The notes: generated by a model from the letters alone, not told the origin. Shown: positions 1 through 8,971, numbered from the stretch's first letter. The stretch is DNA of 64,000 bases from Candidatus Latescibacterota bacterium (GCA_963667175.2 CAXXXF010000014.1:32001-96000), one strand, 5' to 3'. Program-made: numbers and translations.

Positions 1-332
1 ATGAAGTGCTCGCCGCCGCCGCCGGAATCGTGTGCCAGGCGCATTGCGGGCGCGACGAAGGCGTTAACGATCGCTTCGACCGGCGGCGGGCCGTCGGCGG
101 CGGCTTCCTCCCGATCGAGGAGGCGGCGCCGCTCCCGGTTGAGCGGTTCGAGCCGCCGGGCGAAGACGGCTTCGACCAGCGCTTCCCTGGACCCGAAGTG
201 ATAGTGGATTGACGCCAGGTTGGCCGGCGCCTCCGAGGCGATGGCCCGCAAGGACGTGGCCGCGATTCCATGTTCCGCGAACAGATGTTCGGCAGCGTCG
301 AGCAACCGGTTGTGGGTATCGGTCTGGTTCAT
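1..332 (-). CDS. TetR/AcrR family transcriptional regulator (3' end runs off the window)
   Basis: Manual translation of the minus strand from ATG at 332: MNQTDTHNRLLDAAEHLFAEHGIAATSLRAIASEAPANLASIHYHFGSREALVEAVF, a classic TetR HTH. Not in the ORF track because it has no stop in the window. Confidence 0.9.
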   Translation of the reverse strand, partial: MNQTDTHNRLLDAAEHLFAEHGIAATSLRAIASEAPANLASIHYHFGSREALVEAVFARRLEPLNRERRRLLDREEAAADGPPPVEAIVNAFVAPAMRLAHDSGGGGEHF

Positions 333-357
333 GTGATTCAGAGATTTAAAGGAAAAA

Positions 358-393
358 TTAAATCAAACGTATGATTTAAACGACCGTTTAAAT
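358..393. promoter_or_regulatory. Tandem palindromic operators upstream of the TetR gene
   Basis: TTAAATCA-N6-TGATTTAA (358-379) overlaps ATTTAAACG-AC-CGTTTAAAT (374-393). Minus-strand TTGACA at 414-419. Confidence 0.65.
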
Positions 394-543
394 TAATCCA
401 TCCACATGGCAAATGTCAAGAAGATTCGGCTGCTTTTGGAAATTCCCGGGGCTATTGAGAGTCCCTGGTTTCCACCGGGGTGACTGCCGTTGATCGACAC
501 ATCGTGGCCGGGCGGTTCCCCGGCCGAATTATTAATTTTCTAA

Positions 544-572
544 TTGACAAACGTCTAAGATTTCGATATACT
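544..572 (+). promoter_or_regulatory. Sigma-70 promoter for the blaI-like operon
   Basis: TTGACA (544-549), 17-bp spacer, TATACT (567-572). Flanked by ATTAA-N4-(T/C)TAAT boxes at 531-544 and 577-590. Confidence 0.75.
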
Positions 573-761
573 TCATATTAAGGAATTAATCGCACGCCGC
601 CGCTACGCGGTCCATCCCGCGCGAACCGCGGAATCGTTCCGGTCGCGGGCCCCAGGTACTCAGACTGCAGCGGACCGACCATCGTCTCCCGATGACGAGA
701 CCGGCGAGCGGCGCGAAAAGGACTCGTCGATATCGGATGATTATTTATAGGAGCAGACTGT

Positions 762-1139
762 ATGGCAAGGCCGAAGTCACCCACGCTTACCGAAGCCGAA
801 CTCAGACTGATGGACGTGCTGTGGAAAAAGGAGACGGCCACCGTCAGCGACGTTGTCGCGGCGCTGCCCGGCACGGCGCCGCTCGCTTACAGCACGGTGC
901 TGACAACGCTCAGGATTCTCGAACGGAAGGGTTACGTGTCCCACGAAAAGGAGGGCAGGGCCTACGTCTACCAGCCCGTAGTCGGACGCGAGGAAGCCAG
1001 AAGAAGCGTGGTCCGGTACATGATGAGCCGGTTCTTCAACAATTCGCCCGAAGCGCTGATGCTGAACATCGTCGAGAACGAAGCGGTCGACGGGGACGTT
1101 CTCGATCGTTTGAAACGAATGGTGGACGACAACGGTTAG
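762..1139 (+). CDS. BlaI/MecI/CopY family transcriptional repressor
   Basis: LTEAELRLMDVLW...LAYSTVLTTLRILERKGYV...GRAYVYQP winged-helix pattern. AGGAG RBS. Directly upstream of an M56 peptidase. Confidence 0.93.
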   Translation: MARPKSPTLTEAELRLMDVLWKKETATVSDVVAALPGTAPLAYSTVLTTLRILERKGYVSHEKEGRAYVYQPVVGREEARRSVVRYMMSRFFNNSPEALMLNIVENEAVDGDVLDRLKRMVDDNG

Positions 1140-1148
1140 GGATGGCCT

Positions 1149-3296
1149 ATGTTGGCGGCCTATGAGATTTTCGACGCCGTTTCCCGTGTGACGGTGTCCT
1201 CCATGCTTGATGGTCTCTGGAAGGGCATGGTCATCACTCTTGCAGTCGCGTGCCTGCTGAACCTGGCCCGGTGGCTGAACGCCCGGACCCGGTACGTAAT
1301 CTGGGCGGCCACGCTGATCGTGGTATTCGGGCTGACCTGGTCCGGGGTCTGGAGCCCGCCCGATCGTGCGGCGACCGCACGGATGTGGTTTGACGCTGTG
1401 GAAACGGACGTTCACGGGCAACCCGGTTCACGGAGGCCGATCGATGCGGACGCCTCTGATTCGTCGCCGGGCGCTGATCAGCCGGTACACACGGATCGCT
1501 CGGGACCGGCGTTTGCGCCGGAACCTCCCGGGCGGTGGCCTCCGGTCGTCTTCGCGGTCTGGATGCTGGTCGCGTTGGCACTCTCGGCCAGACTCTTTCG
1601 GGGTTTTTGTCTCCTCCGGCGCCTTAAACGGAGCGCGGAGCCCCTTCCCGCCCGATATCAGGGCAAGTTACGCCGTCTGATCCGCTCCTGCGAGACCCGG
1701 CGCTGGGTGCGCCTGTGCAGTTCGGCACACGTGGAGTCTCCCGCGGCGACGGGTCTCTTCAGACCCGTCATTCTGATCCCGGAGACCATGCTGGACGAGC
1801 TGACGGATGAGGATTTCGATCAGGTGGTCCTGCACGAACTGGCGCACCTGCACCGGCTGGACGACTGGACCAGACTCTTCCAGGCGGTGGCGGGGTGCGT
1901 TCTGTTCTTCCATCCGGCCGTATGGTGGATTGCTCGACAGATGGACCTGGATCGGGAGGCCGCCTGTGACGACGTGGTGGTGGGCATTACGGGAGGAGCC
2001 AGAAGTTATGCGGCCTGCCTGACGCGCCTGACAGAGATGATGGCGTCGCCGGTCGGTTCGACGATGGGCTTCGGCGCCGGAGGAGACCGGAAGCAGGTCG
2101 TACGTCGGGTCAAACGGTTGTTGAACGCCAGACGAGGCGCCGAACATCGCCTCTCCCGCTCAGGTCTGTTGCTGGCATCGGGCTTGATTCTGGCGGTGCT
2201 GGTGCAGTGCGGACGCGTGGGCCCCGTGGTCGAGGTTCCGGGCCGTTCCGAAGCGTTCGTGAAGCTGGCGGCGTTCAAGGACCGGCTGCTTGCGCATTTG
2301 CGGCTGGATAGACTGCCTCCCGGTTCCGGACGTGTCGATCTGGTCACGGTAATTGCGGATTCCATGGACGCCCGGACGTTTCGGAAACCTTTCCTGGAAG
2401 TTATGGAGAGGGAAATCCTCACGCCAAGAAAGGAGCGTCTCTACCGTGTCTTGTTCGCTCATCCCGAAGAATTCAAAAGGCTGCGACGCAGGAATATCGT
2501 GATCGCCGCGCCGCTGGACGGTGTCCACGAAGCGGCCGGGCTGGTGCGCTCCCTCGTGCCTCAGGCACACAGAGATGCCATGCGGAACGGAGCAGCGCCT
2601 TTCGTCATCCGGCGGGACGTCTGGGCTGACGACCAGGTTGTGGTTCTGGTTACGGGTGAAGACCGCGATGCGCTGAGAGCCAATATGATGACGGAGGCCG
2701 ATCGGATTTACAGCGCAATCGACGGAAAACGCGATGAACGGGTCGCCGGGAACCTTTTCCGTTTTGGCGAGAGAGAGGCGCTCGCATCGGAGCTGGCGGG
2801 CCGGTTCGGATGGCGTATGCGAATACCCTTCGGGTTCAATCTGATCGATACCCATGCCGATAGCGGGTTTGTCGTGTTCTCCCGAACCCACGCGCGCGTG
2901 ACACAGTGGTTGTTTGTCTACCGCGAGGAAGGCGTGCCTCCGGACCGGCTGACAGAGGCGTGGTGCATCCGGAAGCGGAACGAGATTGCCGCCCGATTCT
3001 TTGAGAACGACGTCGTAGACCGGACAGGCCTGAAGGTGAGTCAGCGGGAGTTGGGGAGCCGGCTGGCGGTGTACCTGGAAGGCATTTGGCAGAACAATCG
3101 TGACTGGAAGGGCGGGCCCTTCAGAAGCTACGTTCTGGTAGACGGGGAGAAGGACAGGCTCTACTTTCTGGATCTCGGGGTTTACGGCCCGAATCGACGA
3201 AAGGAATCCTACCTTCGTCAGCTGGATGTCGTTGCGAGGACGTTCGAGACGGGGCCGTTCCACGACGACCGGCTCGCTACGGCCGCGCGTCGCTGA
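1149..3296 (+). CDS. BlaR1-type M56 metallopeptidase fused to a C-terminal DUF4837-like domain
   Basis: N-terminal TM helices, SPAATGLFRPVILIP, HELAHLHRLD zinc motif, FFHPAVW, REAACDD. C-terminal half has RNI, FGWRMRIP, EGIW..KGGPFRSY, VYGPNRRK, typical of DUF4837. Confidence 0.85.
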   Translation: MLAAYEIFDAVSRVTVSSMLDGLWKGMVITLAVACLLNLARWLNARTRYVIWAATLIVVFGLTWSGVWSPPDRAATARMWFDAVETDVHGQPGSRRPIDADASDSSPGADQPVHTDRSGPAFAPEPPGRWPPVVFAVWMLVALALSARLFRGFCLLRRLKRSAEPLPARYQGKLRRLIRSCETRRWVRLCSSAHVESPAATGLFRPVILIPETMLDELTDEDFDQVVLHELAHLHRLDDWTRLFQAVAGCVLFFHPAVWWIARQMDLDREAACDDVVVGITGGARSYAACLTRLTEMMASPVGSTMGFGAGGDRKQVVRRVKRLLNARRGAEHRLSRSGLLLASGLILAVLVQCGRVGPVVEVPGRSEAFVKLAAFKDRLLAHLRLDRLPPGSGRVDLVTVIADSMDARTFRKPFLEVMEREILTPRKERLYRVLFAHPEEFKRLRRRNIVIAAPLDGVHEAAGLVRSLVPQAHRDAMRNGAAPFVIRRDVWADDQVVVLVTGEDRDALRANMMTEADRIYSAIDGKRDERVAGNLFRFGEREALASELAGRFGWRMRIPFGFNLIDTHADSGFVVFSRTHARVTQWLFVYREEGVPPDRLTEAWCIRKRNEIAARFFENDVVDRTGLKVSQRELGSRLAVYLEGIWQNNRDWKGGPFRSYVLVDGEKDRLYFLDLGVYGPNRRKESYLRQLDVVARTFETGPFHDDRLATAARR

Positions 3297-3529
3297 CCCC
3301 CCCTGTCAACTGGGACAGATTGTCGCCGCTCTTTTTTCTTAAGTATTAAAGAATTAGTCCTACGCGCATTTAGATTCTCCCCCACCCTCTAAATTCCCCT
3401 TTTTCAAGCCCTTTCTTAATGCCGTCGGCAAGAGAGGATACCGCACGGGGCAATCACATCATCTCACGTCTTACGTCTCCCCTAGGTAGGGGGACGGGCG
3501 GTGAGGACCCACCCGAAAGGAGGCTGACG

Positions 3530-4171
3530 ATGATACGCTATAAGAATCCCGATGTAGACCTGAAGCTGGCGTACCCGAAGGTGATGACACGGAGTGTGGC
3601 AATATCCGCGTTGTCTCTACTCGCGCTCGCGGCGATGTTTCCCTCGTTCGAAATGGACGCCTCCGCGCGAAATCGACCGAACGAGGTGCTGGTTTTCGAG
3701 CACGTCCACGAGACCCGGCAGATACGACCTTCGGTTCCCGAGCGGCCCGTCGTGCCCGTGGAAGCCGAGAACGACGAGGTACCGGAGGATGTAACGATCG
3801 AACCGACCGAACTGAATCTCGACCGGGCGCCCGTGGACCTGCCCCCGCCCCTGCGCCGTGAGGCCGCGCCCGTTGAGGAGGAAGTCCTGGAATTCTGGCA
3901 TGTTGAGCGGAGACCCGTGCTGACTCGCAGCATGACGCCGGTCTACCCGGAGGTTGCGATGAGGGCGGGGCTGGAAGGAGACGTTTTCGTCGCGTTCACG
4001 GTTGGCGCCGACGGAAGCGTCACAGACGTGCGGGTGCTGCGGGGTGCGGATATCTTCAGAAGAGCGGCGGTCGAGGCGGTTTCGCAATTCCTATTCGAGC
4101 CGGCCGCGCAGAACGACCGGCCCGTCGCAGTAAAAATGACGATGCCCATCCGGTTTCGGCTGTCCGATTGA
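3530..4171 (+). CDS. tonB: Energy transducer TonB family protein
   Basis: AGGAGG RBS before ATG 3530. N-terminal TM helix, Pro/Glu-rich linker, TonB_C domain (PVYPEVAMRAGLEGDVFVAFTV...FEPA...PIRFRL). Confidence 0.85.
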   Translation: MIRYKNPDVDLKLAYPKVMTRSVAISALSLLALAAMFPSFEMDASARNRPNEVLVFEHVHETRQIRPSVPERPVVPVEAENDEVPEDVTIEPTELNLDRAPVDLPPPLRREAAPVEEEVLEFWHVERRPVLTRSMTPVYPEVAMRAGLEGDVFVAFTVGADGSVTDVRVLRGADIFRRAAVEAVSQFLFEPAAQNDRPVAVKMTMPIRFRLSD

Positions 4172-4185
4172 CCGATACGGCTGCC

Positions 4186-5373
4186 TTACAGTTCTCCAAG
4201 ATCCACCGTGAGCAGTTCCATGTGCTCTTTGTTGACAGAGTACGCGACGATCAGCCGGTCCTTCTCGACCAGCGCGCATGGATACTGATGTCCGTGCGCC
4301 TTGAGGGCGCCGGGAAACGCAATGGCGGTGGGTTCGTTGATCAGAAAGTACTGCCGCTCGAACATCACGCCGTCGGTCGAAATGGAAATCATCAACGGGA
4401 CCCGGTTCAACAGGTCGGCGATGGCATTGTTGATGAGAAAGTAACGCCCGTCCGCCAGGCTCCCGGCGCAGACGCGCGACTTCGAATCGGGAATATTCGA
4501 GAGCATGGGCGGCGTCCAGCTTCTGCCCCCATCCTCGCTGAGCGCCACCCGCAACCGCATTTCGTCCGTCTCGTTCCGGTGAAACAGGAATATCGTGCCG
4601 TCGTCCGTCTGATACCACGACGCCTCGCCGTACGGAAACCTGCCGGAATCCATTCCTCGAGAGCCGTCGTGGGGAATCTCGACAATCTCCGGCTGCTCCA
4701 GCGGACTCTTACCGGGCCACAGAAACACAATTGGAACTCCCCGCCGCGACCCGGCGCACAGCAGCCTGCCCTCCCGCGTCAGCCTGGGCGCTTCGAACCA
4801 GTAACAGTCTTCGGCGACAATCTGCTCCGTCCAGCGCTGGCCGTCCATGGAGATGCAGAGACCGACGCTACAAGTGATTCTCCTCTCGTCGCCGGCGCTC
4901 ATGCCCGGCCTGCGGGCCACCCCGCCCCCCGTCTTCGTCTGCACGAACACGATGAGACGGTCTTCGCAGCCCATGATTCCGCCGGTATTACGCCACATCC
5001 TGCCGGAGACGTCGCCCGGCGCCACGCAGGATGGCCGCGACCAGCCTGACAGATCCTCGCTGCGTACAATCAGTGTCTGCTGGCCGGGCGCCTCTTCGTC
5101 AACAGCGCCGTTCGAGAACACGTACCAGTAGGCCCCCCGCCAACTGCAGATCCCCGCCTGATGATTGTAGGTGCCGAACGCCGTCGTACCCGTTGCCACC
5201 CGCGATCTCCAGACCGGCGCCTGTTCGAACCAGGCCGGCCATTCTTCTCCGTCGGGCCGGGTGCAACCCGCTTTCCTGAACTGCGACGTGATCAGGTTGT
5301 CCCGAACTCTCTGCCTGAGGTCCGGCGTGAGCATGGAGATTCGGGTTTCCGCATAAATGTCCGGTTCGGTCAT
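4186..5373 (-). CDS. Sialidase/BNR-repeat beta-propeller protein
   Basis: Asp-box motifs SEDGGRSW, SMDGQRW, STDG. C-terminal QYP...AYSVNKE typical of BNR_2. Confidence 0.75.
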   Translation of the reverse strand: MTEPDIYAETRISMLTPDLRQRVRDNLITSQFRKAGCTRPDGEEWPAWFEQAPVWRSRVATGTTAFGTYNHQAGICSWRGAYWYVFSNGAVDEEAPGQQTLIVRSEDLSGWSRPSCVAPGDVSGRMWRNTGGIMGCEDRLIVFVQTKTGGGVARRPGMSAGDERRITCSVGLCISMDGQRWTEQIVAEDCYWFEAPRLTREGRLLCAGSRRGVPIVFLWPGKSPLEQPEIVEIPHDGSRGMDSGRFPYGEASWYQTDDGTIFLFHRNETDEMRLRVALSEDGGRSWTPPMLSNIPDSKSRVCAGSLADGRYFLINNAIADLLNRVPLMISISTDGVMFERQYFLINEPTAIAFPGALKAHGHQYPCALVEKDRLIVAYSVNKEHMELLTVDLGEL

Positions 5374-5472
5374 GAGACGTCCCCTGTCTGCAGATCCGGT
5401 CCGACGACTGCACCTTGTGTCGGAAAATCTTCAAAATCGGCGACGACCGTCGCTCCTGAAACCGAGCGAGAT

Positions 5473-5501
5473 TTGACTTATTCTCATAACACACTTATAG
5501 T
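5473..5501 (+). promoter_or_regulatory. Sigma-70-like promoter pointing towards the HNH gene
   Basis: TTGACT (5473-5478), 17 bp, TATAGT (5496-5501), overlapped by an ATAACA...TGTTAT inverted repeat. Confidence 0.55.
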
Positions 5502-5594
5502 CAATATGTTATAGGAACAATCATTCGGACGAATCGCCCGGCTGACACCCTTGGACATGCACAACGACCGCGACGGACATTTATTGGAATGCAC

Positions 5595-5770
5595 CCTGCG
5601 CCGCTCCCTGAGCTTGTCGAAGGGTCGGCAAAGGGTCCCGAGGGTTACCAAACGGCGTGTCCTGAGCCTATCGAAAGGAAATTGAGCGCGCCGCCCTGAG
5701 TTCGTCGAAGGTTAGCCAAGCGTGCGCATTTCGAAATTTCGACAAGCTCAATGCAGGCATGCTCAATGAC
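5595..5770. repeat. Cluster of CCTGAGCTTGTCGAAGG-type REP-like repeats
   Basis: Direct copies start at 5606, 5660 and 5694; inverted copy TTCGACAAGCTCA at 5738-5750. Spacing is irregular. Confidence 0.7.
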
Positions 5771-5797
5771 CACGCTTAGCCAGACCTGCTACCATTT

Positions 5798-6340
5798 ATG
5801 CCCGGACACGGATACACGGGAAGCGGTTCACCGTTTCGTTCGGATCAGCTGCAGCTGCGTTTTCCAGGCTCGACGCGGACGCCCGACGCTCAGGCGGAGA
5901 CCGTCCGGTGTGAACACTGCGGGAAGCCGAATCGTATTCCGGTCTGGATCGCCAGGCGGAAGTTCCGTCTCCACTTCTGCGGCAAAGCCTGCCTGGACGC
6001 GTGGACGTCGGTACTTCCGGACGACGGGAAACGTATGGTCTTGAGGGGACGCCCGGAATACAGGGGCGGAAACTGGAGAGTGCAGGCTACGCGGGCGAGA
6101 AAACGAGACGGCTTCCGCTGCAGGAATTGCGGGGTTACCGAAGCATCGCTGGGCAGACAGCTGGACGTCCACCACGCGACGCCCGTACGTCTGTTCGCGT
6201 CGACGGTCGCGGCCAACCGCCTGGACAATCTGGTCTCGGTCTGCGCGTCGTGCCACAAACGCCTCGAGGCAAAGCTGAGAGACGAACTTCCTCTCTTCCA
6301 CGAGGTGAGACATCCCGGTCAGCGGCGGGTGCAAGAATGA
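5798..6340 (+). CDS. HNH endonuclease with N-terminal Zn finger
   Basis: CEHCGK...FCGKAC zinc finger, then RDGFRCRNCG...LDVHH...NRLDNLVSVCASCH HNH motif. Confidence 0.85.
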   Translation: MPGHGYTGSGSPFRSDQLQLRFPGSTRTPDAQAETVRCEHCGKPNRIPVWIARRKFRLHFCGKACLDAWTSVLPDDGKRMVLRGRPEYRGGNWRVQATRARKRDGFRCRNCGVTEASLGRQLDVHHATPVRLFASTVAANRLDNLVSVCASCHKRLEAKLRDELPLFHEVRHPGQRRVQE

Positions 6341-6709
6341 CGCTCTAAGTCAGAATAATGCAGGGTCGGAACTCAGGGTCAACCCTCCTTTCTGACATCG
6401 AGGAAGGTGTTTTTTCGGTACACCGATGAGTGTGTATCGGGCGACCCGCGTGACACGGTTTCACCTATTATGTCCCTGATGTCGACTCCTCCCACGACGG
6501 CTCTCATTTGCTTTCAGCGCCAGATATGCCGTAGCTGGCTCGCGTTCTTTAAGCCACTCCTTACCCTCAGCGACCGTCCGGTACCCCCGGTACCGCGGTC
6601 AAATCCCCATTACCCTACGAATGCACACTGCATTGCACTCGGCTCGAACTGGAAATGTCCAGAATTTCTAAATTTCAATCCCCCCTGGGACTTGACCGAA
6701 GCCGCCGCA

Positions 6710-7405
6710 ATGGATAAATTACGCTTTATGTATACTGCGACCATTACAATCAAGTCCAACGATGCCGTGCACGCCGCAGTTGCCGCTTCACGGCCCGCCT
6801 TTTGGAGTTCTCGCCGCAAGCGCCGAGCGGACGATTTCGCCGCACTGGATGCTGCTGTATCAGCCCAAGATGCCGATTTCCCCGCGCAGGATGCAACAAA
6901 GGCCGCGAGGACTGCCTCAGTCGTAGCCGCCCAAGATGCCAGGCGTGCGGCTAACTTCGCGTCAGCCGCAGAAAAGAGCAGGTGGAAAAATTACCTGGCG
7001 GCGTGCGCTGCAAGAATCGCCGTAGATAGGGCCACCGATGCCTCCGCAATCGAGGCCGCGCACATTGCCTACGTGGTAGCGTGGGAGACATTCAACGCGA
7101 CTTCACAGATTGCCAAGCGAACGAAACAATTGGCCAAGAAAGCTCAGAGGGCCGCACTGGATGCAGCGAATGCCTCATTAGATGCCACACGGGCTAACTT
7201 GGCGGTAAATATCTCCGCAGACTTCGATGTCATGGATGCAGATATGGCCGCCGTGGATGCCGCTAACTTCGCGGCCGTAGATGCTGCACGCGCAGCAAGA
7301 AGCGCTCAACGCGCCGCCAATGCCGCCCAACGCGCCGCCGGCCGTCTTGGCGCCAAGGTAAAGTACCGCCGGATGCCTGTACACATAAGAAAAACGCATG
7401 AATAA
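6710..7405 (+). CDS. Hypothetical Ala-rich, internally repetitive protein (start uncertain; ORF open from 6407)
   Basis: Long ORF in lower-GC DNA with repeated AANFA, AQDA, AQRAA and ALDAA units and matching DNA duplications. Confidence 0.45.
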   Translation: MDKLRFMYTATITIKSNDAVHAAVAASRPAFWSSRRKRRADDFAALDAAVSAQDADFPAQDATKAARTASVVAAQDARRAANFASAAEKSRWKNYLAACAARIAVDRATDASAIEAAHIAYVVAWETFNATSQIAKRTKQLAKKAQRAALDAANASLDATRANLAVNISADFDVMDADMAAVDAANFAAVDAARAARSAQRAANAAQRAAGRLGAKVKYRRMPVHIRKTHE

Positions 7406-7668
7406 CAACCAGTACCAAGCCGGAATGCGCCGAGATAGCCCACGAGGCGGCAATGGACCCACACGCGACAAGCCTTAATGCCCCAAAGGCCAGAGACGTA
7501 GCGCAAAAAGCCAGCCGTTCGGCGCTAAAACTGGCCATTGTCAAAGGATACGACTCCCGAATTGCTACGCCGACCAACGCCAACAATCCGGTACCGCGAA
7601 AACAAAGACGTGTATCTTCGCTTCGCCTTATCCTGCTCCCTGTACATCATCGCATTTAGTCCGTGGCT

Positions 7669-8268
7669 CTAGCGACATTTGGTGAACCGTCCGTATCCTG
7701 CGGAGTTGAAGAAATCTCGGAATTTTCCGGAGGGGGACGTTACGCGCAAATAGCCGTCAGGATGTGTCTCGGGCCTGAACCAATCTCTCCAGCTCGGTTC
7801 TTCCAAAAGCCTTAGTCTACCTTTTCGAATTAGGAGGTTGCGATGTTCATTCCAGCCCATAATCCTGTAATCGACCGCGACGATATACTCTTCCGACTTC
7901 ATCCATTTGGGTCGATTAACTCCGGTCCGTTGTTGGATCACCTTATTTATGTCCAACCTTGACAAATTGAGAACCCGAGCGACAGTACCTGGCCTCTGGG
8001 TTATCAGGACCAGTTTTCCGGAATTTAGTGCCCATCTTCCACGGTCCATAAATATCCTATTCGAGTGATCCACCGTATATCTATAAATCTCGTACTCGCA
8101 ATTCTCATAAAAACTCATTTTAGGTGATCCTTCAAGTCCACCTGCGTCTTCCCAGAGCCCCGACAACTTCTCGTCGTCGGAACGTCCACAGGCTGTGCCG
8201 GAAAGTATGCCCAGACAGAAAACATGGAATGATACCACGACCAATCTAAGCATCTTTCTTTTATTCAC
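7669..8268 (-). CDS. Hypothetical lipoprotein-like protein
   Basis: GGAGGT RBS before GTG 8268. Basic N-terminus, hydrophobic stretch and GTAC lipobox-like site, then LSGLWE...GRWAL pattern of small beta-rich lipoproteins. Confidence 0.55.
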   Translation of the reverse strand: MNKRKMLRLVVVSFHVFCLGILSGTACGRSDDEKLSGLWEDAGGLEGSPKMSFYENCEYEIYRYTVDHSNRIFMDRGRWALNSGKLVLITQRPGTVARVLNLSRLDINKVIQQRTGVNRPKWMKSEEYIVAVDYRIMGWNEHRNLLIRKGRLRLLEEPSWRDWFRPETHPDGYLRVTSPSGKFRDFFNSAGYGRFTKCR

Positions 8269-8426
8269 TTCGCGACCTCCGGTGGAGATATCGTCACATG
8301 TCGTGTTTAGGGGTGTGCGCGGCCTGTGGAAACAAGCCGCGAATTTGATGCCTCCATCCTGGAGTTCAACGCCCCCGACCAGCAGTTGGGTTAGTCTGTG
8401 ATCGTGCAAGTCTTGCCACGGCTTGT

Positions 8427-8933
8427 GTGCGTGCGAAGCCAATTTGCCGACTATCGTCAATGTGTCATGTCGAGACCAGCATGCTATGGTCTGTCCGGTC
8501 TGACGCCGCACGGTATAAGTTAACGTCCCCCACCAGAACCTACAAAGACTCATGGGATTCTTCGCGCTATGTCGAACCCACCATCAACAAAAAAGCCGAC
8601 GACGCAATCATTCGCGCCTTAGAATCGACACGTGCCGCGACGTTTGACGCAGCCAGAGCACGCTGGCCGCAATCCATGTCCAGGACCCGGCACGTTGCCA
8701 CACTCACAAAAACGTCAGGATTGCGCCAAGAAAACAACTTGAAACGTCTACATGGTCTGGTTATATTTGTCTTCGTAGTACTTATTCTCCAGACAGTCTT
8801 TCAGCCATATTTGTCGAATTTGCTACTTCATTGGAACCCGCTGAGTCGAGTACCTGGAGATATTCAGATTCCGCAACGTACGTCCGATATACTCGGTTGC
8901 GCGAGGGTGGTTCCGGGTCGGGCGGAGGACTGA
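8427..8933 (+). CDS. Hypothetical protein (weak), one TM-like segment
   Basis: 168-aa ORF with LHGLVIFVFVVLILQTVF. No recognisable motif. Confidence 0.25.
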   Translation: MRAKPICRLSSMCHVETSMLWSVRSDAARYKLTSPTRTYKDSWDSSRYVEPTINKKADDAIIRALESTRAATFDAARARWPQSMSRTRHVATLTKTSGLRQENNLKRLHGLVIFVFVVLILQTVFQPYLSNLLLHWNPLSRVPGDIQIPQRTSDILGCARVVPGRAED

Positions 8934-8971
8934 CAGATGGATGGCGGTATTTGGGGAAGAAAAGCGTATAA

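Noticed and set aside
685-725. Hammerhead-like CCGATGA...CGAAA in the blaI leader
   Set aside because: Core is CCGAUGA rather than CUGAUGA and the required stems could not be formed.
762-3296. Classical beta-lactamase induction locus
   Set aside because: No blaZ or mecA nearby and the sensor lacks the penicillin-binding domain.
5595-5770. CRISPR-like mini array upstream of the HNH gene
   Set aside because: Repeats are degenerate, irregularly spaced (54 and 34 bp) and include an inverted copy; no cas genes. Better explained as REP-like elements.
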